Below are positions 29,487 through 38,030 of a DNA stretch of 64,000 nucleotides, piece by piece. The first letter of the stretch is position 1; every line of letters begins with the position of its first letter. Under the pieces are notes generated by a model. The model searched no databases, was not told where the DNA came from, and saw nothing but the letters and a program-made list of their open reading frames with translations. A program made the position numbers and the translations under genes. Source of the stretch: a virus; the IMG/VR virus record IMGVR_UViG_3300047552_000910, positions 1 through 64,000 of that record. One strand, written 5' to 3'.

Positions 29487-30018
29487 GATGCCAAGCCTCC
29501 CAAGGATATATCACCCAAATATCTTCTTTGGACTTGTCAATTTGCTCGGTAGTGTAATCAACTTTCTCAGGTGATGCAATGTTATTCACAATCGTTGCGA
29601 ATCGAACATTATGCCCCCAGATATTATTCCATCTCGGATCGGCTGGTAAACAAGAATCTTGCCAACTTTTTTTAATCCAAGCAATAGTTGCTCCTGTGTC
29701 GTTAATATCATCGACTATTAAAATGTTTTTCTTATTTTCTTCGGAAGGATATCCATATGCATCTTCAGCCATTCCTAAATCGTGCGTACAATCTTCATGA
29801 TCTCGTAAATTAACCATTAACGGCTTCATCGGAATTCCTAGCAGTTGACTTAGCAAAATTGCAGGAATTGCGCCACCCCTAGTAATTCCAACGATATAAT
29901 CTGGTTCCCAGTTGCTTGCAACTAACAGGTCGCTAATATCCATACAAGCATTTTCAATTTCGTACCAGTTATATTCCATTTCTTTGACGTTATCTCGTTC
30001 TCTGATTGTGATCATCAT
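29476..30018 (-). CDS. Type I phosphoribosyltransferase (xanthine/guanine PRT-like)
   Basis: IVGITRGG, PRPP loop ILIVDDINDTGAT, WVIYPWE. Confidence 0.9.
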   Translation of the reverse strand: MMITIRERDNVKEMEYNWYEIENACMDISDLLVASNWEPDYIVGITRGGAIPAILLSQLLGIPMKPLMVNLRDHEDCTHDLGMAEDAYGYPSEENKKNILIVDDINDTGATIAWIKKSWQDSCLPADPRWNNIWGHNVRFATIVNNIASPEKVDYTTEQIDKSKEDIWVIYPWEAWHRGF

Positions 30019-30319
30019 TTAAGTTGTCCCAAGTTTTATATTTTTCTAAGGTAGCAGTGTATTCGTTTGCGAGCCGGACAAGTTCAGGATATTTCTTCTC
30101 CATACCAATGTCCCTATTAATAATATTAAGAAGTTGTTCGATTAAGTCAAGTCGCTGGTCAATTCTTTTAAGATTTTGTTGTTCTATCCTTTTGAGTTGA
30201 TGTTCTATCTCAATATAATTATTATCAATATTTCCGTTTACTGAAACTGTTGAAACATTAATATAGTCAAGCGGGTTTACAAACCCGGTAGTAACAGCTG
30301 GAATACTAACATCATTCAT
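29990..30319 (-). CDS. Hypothetical coiled-coil protein
   Basis: 109-aa ORF. Confidence 0.55.
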   Translation of the reverse strand: MNDVSIPAVTTGFVNPLDYINVSTVSVNGNIDNNYIEIEHQLKRIEQQNLKRIDQRLDLIEQLLNIINRDIGMEKKYPELVRLANEYTATLEKYKTWDNLNDDHNQRTR

Positions 30320-31413
30320 TGTTGATTTCCTACTGAATTTATTTGATTAATCAGACTAGTTGCTGAAAAATAATTAGTGTATGCATCGGCTACTAATTGG
30401 CTAAGTTCGTAAAGGTAGCGATAGTAATTTTCTATGTAATCAATAAGTCTATTAACCACTTTATCTCTGTTTAAAATATAATTATCCCAACTGCTAGTCC
30501 ATTCAGATGGATATAAAAATGAACGATGATTTTTGAAAATTTCTGAGTAACTTAATCTGTCCGGCACCATCGGAATAGCTCCGAGAATGGGACCTTCTAT
30601 ACAAGTAGAAATACCCAATGTTTCTTGAAGATTAGCACTAAAAACAATTTTAGCCTTGCCAAGCAAGTTATGATATTCAGGCTTGGTTAATTGGGTTGAC
30701 TGGCACATAACAAATTCATATTGCGGAAGTTGCTTCTGTAAATCGAGAAAAATATCTGGTTGTTTTTCGACTGAAATTCTATGGGGGAACAAAATTAGGT
30801 TTTGTTTACTATCGAGCCTATATGGATTAAGTTCAAATGGCATGTACTCCATGGGCCACCCTGTTCTAATAATCTTTTTAGAAGCAAGACAACTTTCTTT
30901 ATTAAGGCCAAACACATCACAAAACATGTCAATGTGAAAGTCTGTAGCAAAATAATTATGCGTGAATGATTCAAAAAAACTTTGTTCGGCGTGTCGAACC
31001 CACGGAGCAGCTCCGATTAAGTCTCCTAGTCTGTCGGCTGGATCCCAACTACCTGCATGATACAATCCGTGAAATGTCCAATTAAGCCCCAATAAATCAT
31101 TCATATATTTAAGTTGAATAATTGTAGGGTTCCACGCGTCAGTAAACAAGAAATGATCATTCGGGCTTGTTTTATTATTGTCGTAGTACACTAAAAAATT
31201 GCAGAGTTGTGAACTTTTCCAATAATTAGTGTCGGAAAAATTCAAAAATGCACCAGGTGTTGTTTGTGTACTTTTTTGAATACCTGGCACTTGCATAACT
31301 AAAAACTCGTCGTGCAGCTTGCTTTTGAGCAAAGGCGGAATATGTTTTTCCCACTCGCACGTATATCTGGTAGGAATTGGTTCTAAACTAAAAATCCATA
31401 GTGTTTTTTTCAT
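30316..31413 (-). CDS. GT-B fold glycosyltransferase
   Basis: FPHRIS.EKQP, EY..LL..AKIVFSA.LQETLGIS..E, P.VPDRLSY.E (GT4-like EX7E region). Confidence 0.8.
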   Translation of the reverse strand: MKKTLWIFSLEPIPTRYTCEWEKHIPPLLKSKLHDEFLVMQVPGIQKSTQTTPGAFLNFSDTNYWKSSQLCNFLVYYDNNKTSPNDHFLFTDAWNPTIIQLKYMNDLLGLNWTFHGLYHAGSWDPADRLGDLIGAAPWVRHAEQSFFESFTHNYFATDFHIDMFCDVFGLNKESCLASKKIIRTGWPMEYMPFELNPYRLDSKQNLILFPHRISVEKQPDIFLDLQKQLPQYEFVMCQSTQLTKPEYHNLLGKAKIVFSANLQETLGISTCIEGPILGAIPMVPDRLSYSEIFKNHRSFLYPSEWTSSWDNYILNRDKVVNRLIDYIENYYRYLYELSQLVADAYTNYFSATSLINQINSVGNQQ

Positions 31414-31438
31414 GATATGATTTAATTATTGAAATGGT

Positions 31439-31462
31439 GAACGGAGCAATAACGCTCCGTTC
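31439..31462 (-). terminator. Hairpin (terminator or processing signal)
   Basis: 9-bp stem GAACGGAGC/GCTCCGTTC just after the 31473 ORF; no clear U tract. Confidence 0.5.
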
Positions 31463-31472
31463 GTGTTTAGGT

Positions 31473-31724
31473 TTACGCAGATTGCGTGGGCTTTACTGCG
31501 GGTCTTGAGTTATGTTGCTTACGCGGGTACGTTCGTTTGACGCCTGTGCTTTTTTCGTATGCTCGCCAAATATAACTTTCTCGATTGTACAAGTCTGCAG
31601 GGTTAAACGGCATCCAGTTTAATCGACAAAAATCTAGGAATACTTCGAGATCATCAAAAATCTTAGTAATTTCAGGATGATTATTAAAGTAGGTGTGTTC
31701 GTACTTCTTATATTTCTTTGCCAT
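31473..31724 (-). CDS. Hypothetical basic protein
   Basis: 83-aa ORF, IFDDLE.FLDFCR...FNPADLY motif. Confidence 0.65.
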   Translation of the reverse strand: MAKKYKKYEHTYFNNHPEITKIFDDLEVFLDFCRLNWMPFNPADLYNRESYIWRAYEKSTGVKRTYPRKQHNSRPAVKPTQSA

Positions 31725-31926
31725 GGTATTATAGAATTAAAGTTAAGGGTTAAAAGGTATAATTAAAAACAATCAATTAATCGTATTCAATGATGCATCC
31801 GCATTCTCCGTTACTTATATATCGGTTGTTATTTTAACTTAATTTATTATACACGCCTTCTACTAAAGTTTCTATACTATATCGCGTGTTTCGGTTTTTA
31901 CCGTTTAACAAAAGTTAATAGGCTGG

Positions 31927-31995
31927 TAAATAAGCGTGCCGATCACAATACTAGTCATATTCATCGGCGCTAACGATTATAAAGGAATCATCAGC
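31927..31995. ncRNA. Structured leader/antisense element of the HNH endonuclease gene
   Basis: TAAATA-N5-GCCGAT-CAC-AATA-loop-TATT-C-ATCGGC-GCTAACGATT-loop-AATCATCAGC-ATG; same architecture as 63705-63770. Confidence 0.65.
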
Positions 31996-32700
31996 ATGAA
32001 TATATATCTTCAGGAGCTAGATAGCTTCGTTATCCCCAATAAATATACCAAATGGTATAATTCTCTTATTGAAAAGGCAGCAAACAGATTTAATATTGAT
32101 CCTAGTATTCAAATAATTCAAAACCGCCGACGTGCTAAAAAACAATTCGGTTATATTGAAGGTCATCATATTATTCCTCGCTCAATCAAACCAGAACTCT
32201 CAATTAATCATTTTAACATTGTTTATTTGACAGCCAAGGAGCATTTTATTGCTCACTTATTATTAACAAAAATGTTTCTAGGAAAAGAGAAACAAAAAAT
32301 GATTTTTGCTTTTCGAAGAATGCAACACCATAATAACGGAAAGCGATATACAAGTAAAGTATTTAGTAATTTTAAATTGCAAATGCCTCCTACTAATCTA
32401 GGTAAAATACAAATTACTGACGGTATTAACACGCGTCTTCATTTAAAATTTGAACCAATGCCCGGCGGGTGGACAAAAGGCGCCGGCTTGCTTTATAAAA
32501 ATGCCCGCAAAATAACTAATATAAATCTGCATTGTAATACCTATGAAGTATTTAATATTATTAATCAGGATAGATTTTTAGTTACAAATTTAAAAGAATG
32601 GGCCGTGACCGTAAATATTCCTTATTACACATTAGCTAGTGCGTGTCGCTTAAATAATGTTGTAAGAAAAACTTTTATTATAAATAAAATTAAAACTTAA
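31996..32700 (+). mobile_element. Free-standing HNH homing endonuclease, antisense to the flanking operon
   Basis: EGHHIIPRS...NIVYLTAKEHFIAHLLL. Real start ATG 31996 (MNIY) after an AAAGGA RBS. Confidence 0.88.
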
Positions 32701-33058
32701 TTAGCGCGCCATTTTCATTATCTTCAGAGACTTCGATCTCTATTTCCCGATCGGGGTATTTTTTAGAAATTTGTTCGTGCAAATCTTCCGCAATCATTTC
32801 GCAAGATTTATAGTCTAATTGTAATGTTTTTTGTGTATAAAGGTTTTCAAGCCACCGCTTTAATTGAATAAACTCAATTGAACGATTTGAATGTTCTACA
32901 GATATCCACACTTTAAAATGAAAAATGTGGCGGTGCGGATAACCTAAAAATCTAACGTCATATTCATCATCAGTTGATAATAATGAATCGGTTAACGCCT
33001 CAGGATACTTGTGTATGCCCTCTTTTTGAAATGTTACCCATATCCACTTTTTACTCAT
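32690..33058 (-). CDS. QueD-like T-fold protein, DpdL-like (candidate CDG decarboxylase)
   Basis: EGIHKYP, LGYPHRHIF (LxxxHRHxF instead of QueD CxxxHGH), SCEMIA, VSEDNENG. Confidence 0.7.
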   Translation of the reverse strand: MSKKWIWVTFQKEGIHKYPEALTDSLLSTDDEYDVRFLGYPHRHIFHFKVWISVEHSNRSIEFIQLKRWLENLYTQKTLQLDYKSCEMIAEDLHEQISKKYPDREIEIEVSEDNENGALIKF

Positions 33059-33060
33059 AA

Positions 33061-33450
33061 TTAACTCCAATATACTTTTTTAATGCCTACTGCGTCTATA
33101 AACGCTTGGCAAGAACTGCACGGCTTCGACAAGCCGATATTTCCAGACCTCGATACTTTAATAACATACAACGAACATTTCTTAAGTACTTCGTAATTAT
33201 ATCTATTTATTGCTTTAATAATAGCATCTTTCTCTGCATGAAGATAATCAGCACCTAAACATCGTTGATATTTCTTTTCAATGGGATGAGTTTTTTGATT
33301 CGAATGTCCAATTGATAGTACAGTTTTTTTGTATACTACGGCAGCAACATGTTTTCCACCTTTTACGTATCTGTTATTATTTACGGAATTGATCATCAAT
33401 AATTCAAAGATTTTGTCATTTTGGTGTGTGGGTGCAGAGTTCCAAATCAT
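33061..33450 (-). CDS. Zn-dependent deaminase (CDA/dCMP deaminase superfamily)
   Basis: HAE...KPCSSC motifs. Confidence 0.85.
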   Translation of the reverse strand: MIWNSAPTHQNDKIFELLMINSVNNNRYVKGGKHVAAVVYKKTVLSIGHSNQKTHPIEKKYQRCLGADYLHAEKDAIIKAINRYNYEVLKKCSLYVIKVSRSGNIGLSKPCSSCQAFIDAVGIKKVYWS

Positions 33451-33455
33451 GTTAG

Positions 33456-33956
33456 TTACGTTATCGTGTCGTTAATGTATTGATCCCAGTCAGTAAATGC
33501 AGTATCTGTTTTAAGTGATTCTAGCTTATGCGTCCATACTCCGGTGTTTGAATGCCCCCACGTTATGTCGTCTAATTTAATAGTTGCATTGTTATTTAAT
33601 AGTGAAATATTTGGCAATTTTACACTAATCATTGGAATAAATTTATCGAAATAATTCCAACTAAATTTGTATAAAAATTTAGCGTAGTTTACATCAAAAT
33701 CGAGTGTAACCCAATAATCGAGTTCTAATAATCCGAGAATCATTCTATCCCATTGTTTCCAATCAGTAATGGAAGATGGGTTAAAGCTTTGGCTAGTCCC
33801 TAAGTACACATGTTGTATATTATACGCTTTTTTAACAATGTCGTCAATGGGTTGTATCCCAACTACAAATAATGTATCCTGGCCAAACATTGGCGTGTGT
33901 TCAACTTCACTACCTGTAAAATATTGTACATTTTGCCGATTTTCTGAATCTAACAT
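33456..33956 (-). CDS. Conserved hypothetical protein in the modification island
   Basis: 166-aa ORF, G.EVEHTP..G..TLFVVG. Confidence 0.65.
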   Translation of the reverse strand: MLDSENRQNVQYFTGSEVEHTPMFGQDTLFVVGIQPIDDIVKKAYNIQHVYLGTSQSFNPSSITDWKQWDRMILGLLELDYWVTLDFDVNYAKFLYKFSWNYFDKFIPMISVKLPNISLLNNNATIKLDDITWGHSNTGVWTHKLESLKTDTAFTDWDQYINDTIT

Positions 33957-33957
33957 A

Positions 33958-34851
33958 TTAATTCCACCTTATATACGCACGACTAAAACCACTTGGCCGA
34001 TTAAGAGAATCGGTAAATGCTAGTTTCCAATTATAATCTCTGTCATACCCAATTGTCCAAAAAGGATCGACATTTAAATGCTTGTCTTTAATGTTTTGTG
34101 CGGCCATAATCATTGCATTATAAAACTCGTTACTTCTTGGGGAAGGAAATACCATAGTGCAAGCTTTCCAAAGTAAATTAGAGAAATCGGTAATTATCTG
34201 TTTTTGTACGCCCATTATGACTAGTGCTTCGTCTTTTACAATGGGCAACTTAAACACGTCGTCTTTATTAGATAAATCGACAATTACATCAAATTGGCCT
34301 TCGTAATTAGCTTGTAATAAATCGCCCCATACATTTTTATTAGAATTGCCTACAATAGTAATATCATATGATAAATTAGTTAAGTGAATAGCATTATAAA
34401 CAACCCATGCAAGAAAACCACTCCCTAATATTAATAATCTTTTGTTTGGCCCTTCTCTTTTTTGTAATTCCATGATGGGCTGTAAAATAACATTTATTCC
34501 GCAAGCAACTGGTTCGATAATATATCGTGGATGTGCTTCTGGTACTTTTACATAAGTGCCATATTCTGCATTATATTCGTCAGCATACCCTGGTTCTCCA
34601 CGAGTAGCAACCAAATCACCAATAGAAACATCAGTAATGTTCTTTCCCACCTCAATAACTTTACCAAGTCCTTCGTGCCCTTGCATATGGATAGGTAATG
34701 GTCCAAAATTGCCTTGCATCATATCAATGTCGGATCTGCACACACCCGTCATAATAGACTGTACACAAATTTGATTATCTGTTATTTCTGGTCTGTTAAA
34801 TTTTGTTTCGTAAAAATAACCGTTCCCGTCTGTGACTAATATTCTGTTCAT
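33958..34851 (-). CDS. Zn-dependent medium-chain (alcohol/polyol) dehydrogenase
   Basis: GVCRSD, GHEGLG, EP.ACG, Rossmann ILGSGF; no structural-Zn cysteine cluster. Confidence 0.85.
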   Translation of the reverse strand: MNRILVTDGNGYFYETKFNRPEITDNQICVQSIMTGVCRSDIDMMQGNFGPLPIHMQGHEGLGKVIEVGKNITDVSIGDLVATRGEPGYADEYNAEYGTYVKVPEAHPRYIIEPVACGINVILQPIMELQKREGPNKRLLILGSGFLAWVVYNAIHLTNLSYDITIVGNSNKNVWGDLLQANYEGQFDVIVDLSNKDDVFKLPIVKDEALVIMGVQKQIITDFSNLLWKACTMVFPSPRSNEFYNAMIMAAQNIKDKHLNVDPFWTIGYDRDYNWKLAFTDSLNRPSGFSRAYIRWN

Positions 34852-35714
34852 ATAACCTCTATTTGCTTGTGTATCCACATATCTTGATGATATTGTTCAA
34901 TCCAGAATGCATCATTATTTAGATTTTGGATTGCTGTTTCTATCATTGCTTTATAGGCGTATTCCGGACACAACCCCAACTCCATTTTATAAGCATTAAA
35001 ACTAATAGAAGCATCGTTGTCGTTGTCTGTTTTCCAATTAGCACTTAATACCCAATTAACTGAATTGTTATTATATTTAAGTTCGCAAAAATCATCAACA
35101 TCATAAACGCCATCTTTATTTACAACACCATAATCGGTATCTACGATATTATTGAGATTATGATTTTGTTTATAAGTAAAAGATGTCAGCTCTCCGTTTT
35201 TGTAATCAGTTAATGCACAGTAATAACTTAACATGTGAGGAATTAAATCGCGGCTAACTCCGCCGAACGCTAATTCTTTATTAGTAAACCAGCTGCCGGG
35301 GTTAGGAATCCTGTTCTTATTATGCCAAGTTACTTTAATAGTTTCGGATAAATTTACTAATTGTTTAAGGTTATTAATCGAACGTCTATATTGGTTGTTC
35401 TTAACCATCATAAACCGAGTATCAGGATAATCTGTTAGCAATCGATGCCACAATTCATGATTTTTTAGACCCGGCTTTTCTATTAACACAATTCGGCACT
35501 TGGTACTTATTGCCCTAGCCATATTTTCATGTAAAAAATTGGGGGCAGCAATAATACCTATGTCGTATTTTTTAATATACGGTACTTGGCTAATTGAAGT
35601 ATATGTTGGATTTTTAGAAGTATCTGTGTCTACTGTATCTACCTCATACCCTAGCTCGTTGCAAACTGTTTGATATAATTGCCCGATGCCTAATCCGATT
35701 ATTAAGCAGTTCAT
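34848..35714 (-). CDS. Gfo/Idh/MocA-family NAD(P) oxidoreductase
   Basis: IIGLGIG, P..LH, VLIEKP, GGV..DL.PH. Confidence 0.85.
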   Translation of the reverse strand: MNCLIIGLGIGQLYQTVCNELGYEVDTVDTDTSKNPTYTSISQVPYIKKYDIGIIAAPNFLHENMARAISTKCRIVLIEKPGLKNHELWHRLLTDYPDTRFMMVKNNQYRRSINNLKQLVNLSETIKVTWHNKNRIPNPGSWFTNKELAFGGVSRDLIPHMLSYYCALTDYKNGELTSFTYKQNHNLNNIVDTDYGVVNKDGVYDVDDFCELKYNNNSVNWVLSANWKTDNDNDASISFNAYKMELGLCPEYAYKAMIETAIQNLNNDAFWIEQYHQDMWIHKQIEVI

Positions 35715-37405
35715 AGCGAATTCTCCAATGTATCTAAGTTTTCTTCTTCGTCTGTAGTAAATTCTTCTGAGTGCTCGTCTGCATAAGAAAAAAGTGCATT
35801 AAAGCTGGTTGAAGAATTAGTTTCTTTTTTACCTGTTGCGCCACGCGTACCGATAACTTTCGATAATATCCTATCATACTTTTTAATCAATTTTAATGCA
35901 GTAGGCATATCAGCAGCAAATATTTGATCAACTAAGTCACCGATATAAATTCTTTCGTGTACTTCGCTAACTAGCATAGCAGGACAGCTTTGTTTATTTT
36001 CATAAACTTGGTTTGCTCGTAATACAGCATTCAAGTGGGCATAAACATTATGCCCCATTTGAATTGCATAAGAAAAAGAATCCCAGCTAGTGCTATTTTC
36101 TTTTCCTGCTTTATTTAAATCGCCTGGCGCGTATATACAAACATCTTTTATTTCACATTGGTCTATAACAGGACTAGATTCAAAAATAGGAAAAATGCCG
36201 TCTTGAATTACTGCATCTTTAAACAATCTTGTATCTTTTGCATATTTTTTATCGTCTGCAGACGATACCATTCGATAAACCCACTTCTTTCTATCTTCTA
36301 ATTCAGTTCGAACATAAATTTGTCCGTTTGCTGTTGCTAAGAACGGAGATGCACAATCGAAACTAATAGTAAAGTTGGGATTATGATATTTTCTAACGGC
36401 TTTTTGAATATCAGTTAAAAAAACAGCCCATTCTAATTTAGAAGTACCAAGAAAATGCATCCAATCGTGCTGGCCTTGAATCATTAATCCGTCATCAATA
36501 ATACGCCTAACCATTTTAATGGCTAATGTGGGAGAGCACATTAATTGGCCGCCTGCAGCCCACCCATTAAACGCTTTATCACCATATATTTTCGGATCGC
36601 AGAAATCTTTCATCTGTACATACCAATTTTCTGCTTGTGTATGGTTCTCGCCCTGAAGAACATTTAAGAACTTGCAATTACCATTGCGGTTTTTAATAAA
36701 GTATTCATTATTATATCGAGTGGCGTTAACTGCATCTTGATATGAAGATATGCCCGTTGCGAGCATGCTTGCAGGATCGCGGCAAGTCCATGCAGGAATA
36801 TCAAGAATCATACCGTAATCCATTAACGAGTCCATCCATGTTAATACCTGCTCTCGTTTCTTTTGTGCAGAGTCAAGTAGCCCTTGATATGCCTTAGCAT
36901 GATTAACAGCAGTAGTCTTCACATTACCTTGCTTAGTAAGAACAACATTGCCAGACTTATCTAAAATCGGTTTTTGCTCGATACCGAGTGCTGCCATTTT
37001 AGCCATCTTTTGTTTAACTTCAGTAGAAGTAGGAGCGCGCCACTCGCCGGCCCAAACACCCTTTCCTATTTGGAACCCACCGGAGTCGCCAATCACAATG
37101 GAAGTGTTTTTATTCCTGTTGCGAAACATATCTTCTGTTTGTTCTGGTTTATTTAAATCTAGTTTTGCATGGCCAGCCGAATAGAGGCTCCATTTATAAT
37201 AAAAAAGACCTTTATCCGGATCTAAGTAGTTAAGACTTTCCACACCGTTAACAAATGACTTTGGTACTCGTGTATACGGGATATACTCACCAAATCGCTG
37301 TTTACCTATAAAAGTGGCGTAAAAGCTTGACGTTGCAGGTAAAAAAACAGCATATTTGCTGAGACCATTTTCGTCTAATTGTATTTCAGTTAAGTTAACT
37401 TCCAT
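35711..37405 (-). CDS. TGT-fold guanine transglycosylase (DpdA-like)
   Basis: GDSGGFQ, LDIP, LNVLQG, G.A.GG, HFLG and SFDCASP motifs. Start 37405 after a GGAG RBS; located among deazaguanine genes. Confidence 0.8.
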   Translation of the reverse strand: MEVNLTEIQLDENGLSKYAVFLPATSSFYATFIGKQRFGEYIPYTRVPKSFVNGVESLNYLDPDKGLFYYKWSLYSAGHAKLDLNKPEQTEDMFRNRNKNTSIVIGDSGGFQIGKGVWAGEWRAPTSTEVKQKMAKMAALGIEQKPILDKSGNVVLTKQGNVKTTAVNHAKAYQGLLDSAQKKREQVLTWMDSLMDYGMILDIPAWTCRDPASMLATGISSYQDAVNATRYNNEYFIKNRNGNCKFLNVLQGENHTQAENWYVQMKDFCDPKIYGDKAFNGWAAGGQLMCSPTLAIKMVRRIIDDGLMIQGQHDWMHFLGTSKLEWAVFLTDIQKAVRKYHNPNFTISFDCASPFLATANGQIYVRTELEDRKKWVYRMVSSADDKKYAKDTRLFKDAVIQDGIFPIFESSPVIDQCEIKDVCIYAPGDLNKAGKENSTSWDSFSYAIQMGHNVYAHLNAVLRANQVYENKQSCPAMLVSEVHERIYIGDLVDQIFAADMPTALKLIKKYDRILSKVIGTRGATGKKETNSSTSFNALFSYADEHSEEFTTDEEENLDTLENSL

Positions 37406-37469
37406 TATTTCTCCGGATATTTCCACTTTATTCACAACAAAATATGTTTTTAGTTGTTGACTTACGAGT

Positions 37470-38030
37470 TCATTTCAGTAACTGGGAAGTAAAATCGTCG
37501 TACGGAGTATTTTGTTGCGGATCCCCTGCCCATTCAAACCGAACATTATGCCGCCGGGTTACTGCCCATGCGCAGACAAACACGTAGTCGCTCAAAATAT
37601 TTAATGCCCGTATATGCAGATCCATATTAGGATTAGTTTCTTTTAATTTGCAAGCTACTAATTCAGTATGGCGAATAATGCATCTGAGTTGCATTAACTT
37701 AGCGTTCTTTTTAGTAGTCCTAATAAAACCAGTTAATGGGTTTAGCCGCGGTGCTTCTGCCTTAATTACAGCTTCAAATTGAGCAGCTGACAAATTGATT
37801 AAATCTATGTATTTTTGGCTAGTAGGGGAATGATGATTTGCACCCAATGCAAACACTAAATCTTGAATCGAATACATATCTGCGGAATAGCTTTGTATCC
37901 AATCTAATAGACCAATATATTCGATATTTAAATCGGTTTTTGGAAATTGTTTATTGCCATTAAACCAAGTAGTGCCATTGTCACCGTATCCTGTTCTAAC
38001 AACTGTTATTACTTTTTCGGGTTTGTTCAT
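37470..38030 (-). CDS. PduO-like ATP:cob(I)alamin adenosyltransferase homologue (degenerate)
   Basis: TGYGDNGTT, K.D..IE..G.LD, IQD.VF.LGA, R..IR..E, LN.LSDY.F. Confidence 0.7.
   Translation of the reverse strand: MNKPEKVITVVRTGYGDNGTTWFNGNKQFPKTDLNIEYIGLLDWIQSYSADMYSIQDLVFALGANHHSPTSQKYIDLINLSAAQFEAVIKAEAPRLNPLTGFIRTTKKNAKLMQLRCIIRHTELVACKLKETNPNMDLHIRALNILSDYVFVCAWAVTRRHNVRFEWAGDPQQNTPYDDFTSQLLK

Noticed and set aside
31970-31996. Hammerhead ribozyme (CUGAUGA on the minus strand)
   Set aside because: No GAAA core after stem II, and the motif is absent from the second copy
31813-32720. Group I intron in the DpdL-like gene (GATATAGT resembling the S element near 31875 on the minus strand)
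   Set aside because: No matching R element/P7 partner or terminal G at an in-frame junction, and the gene already has a complete C-terminus
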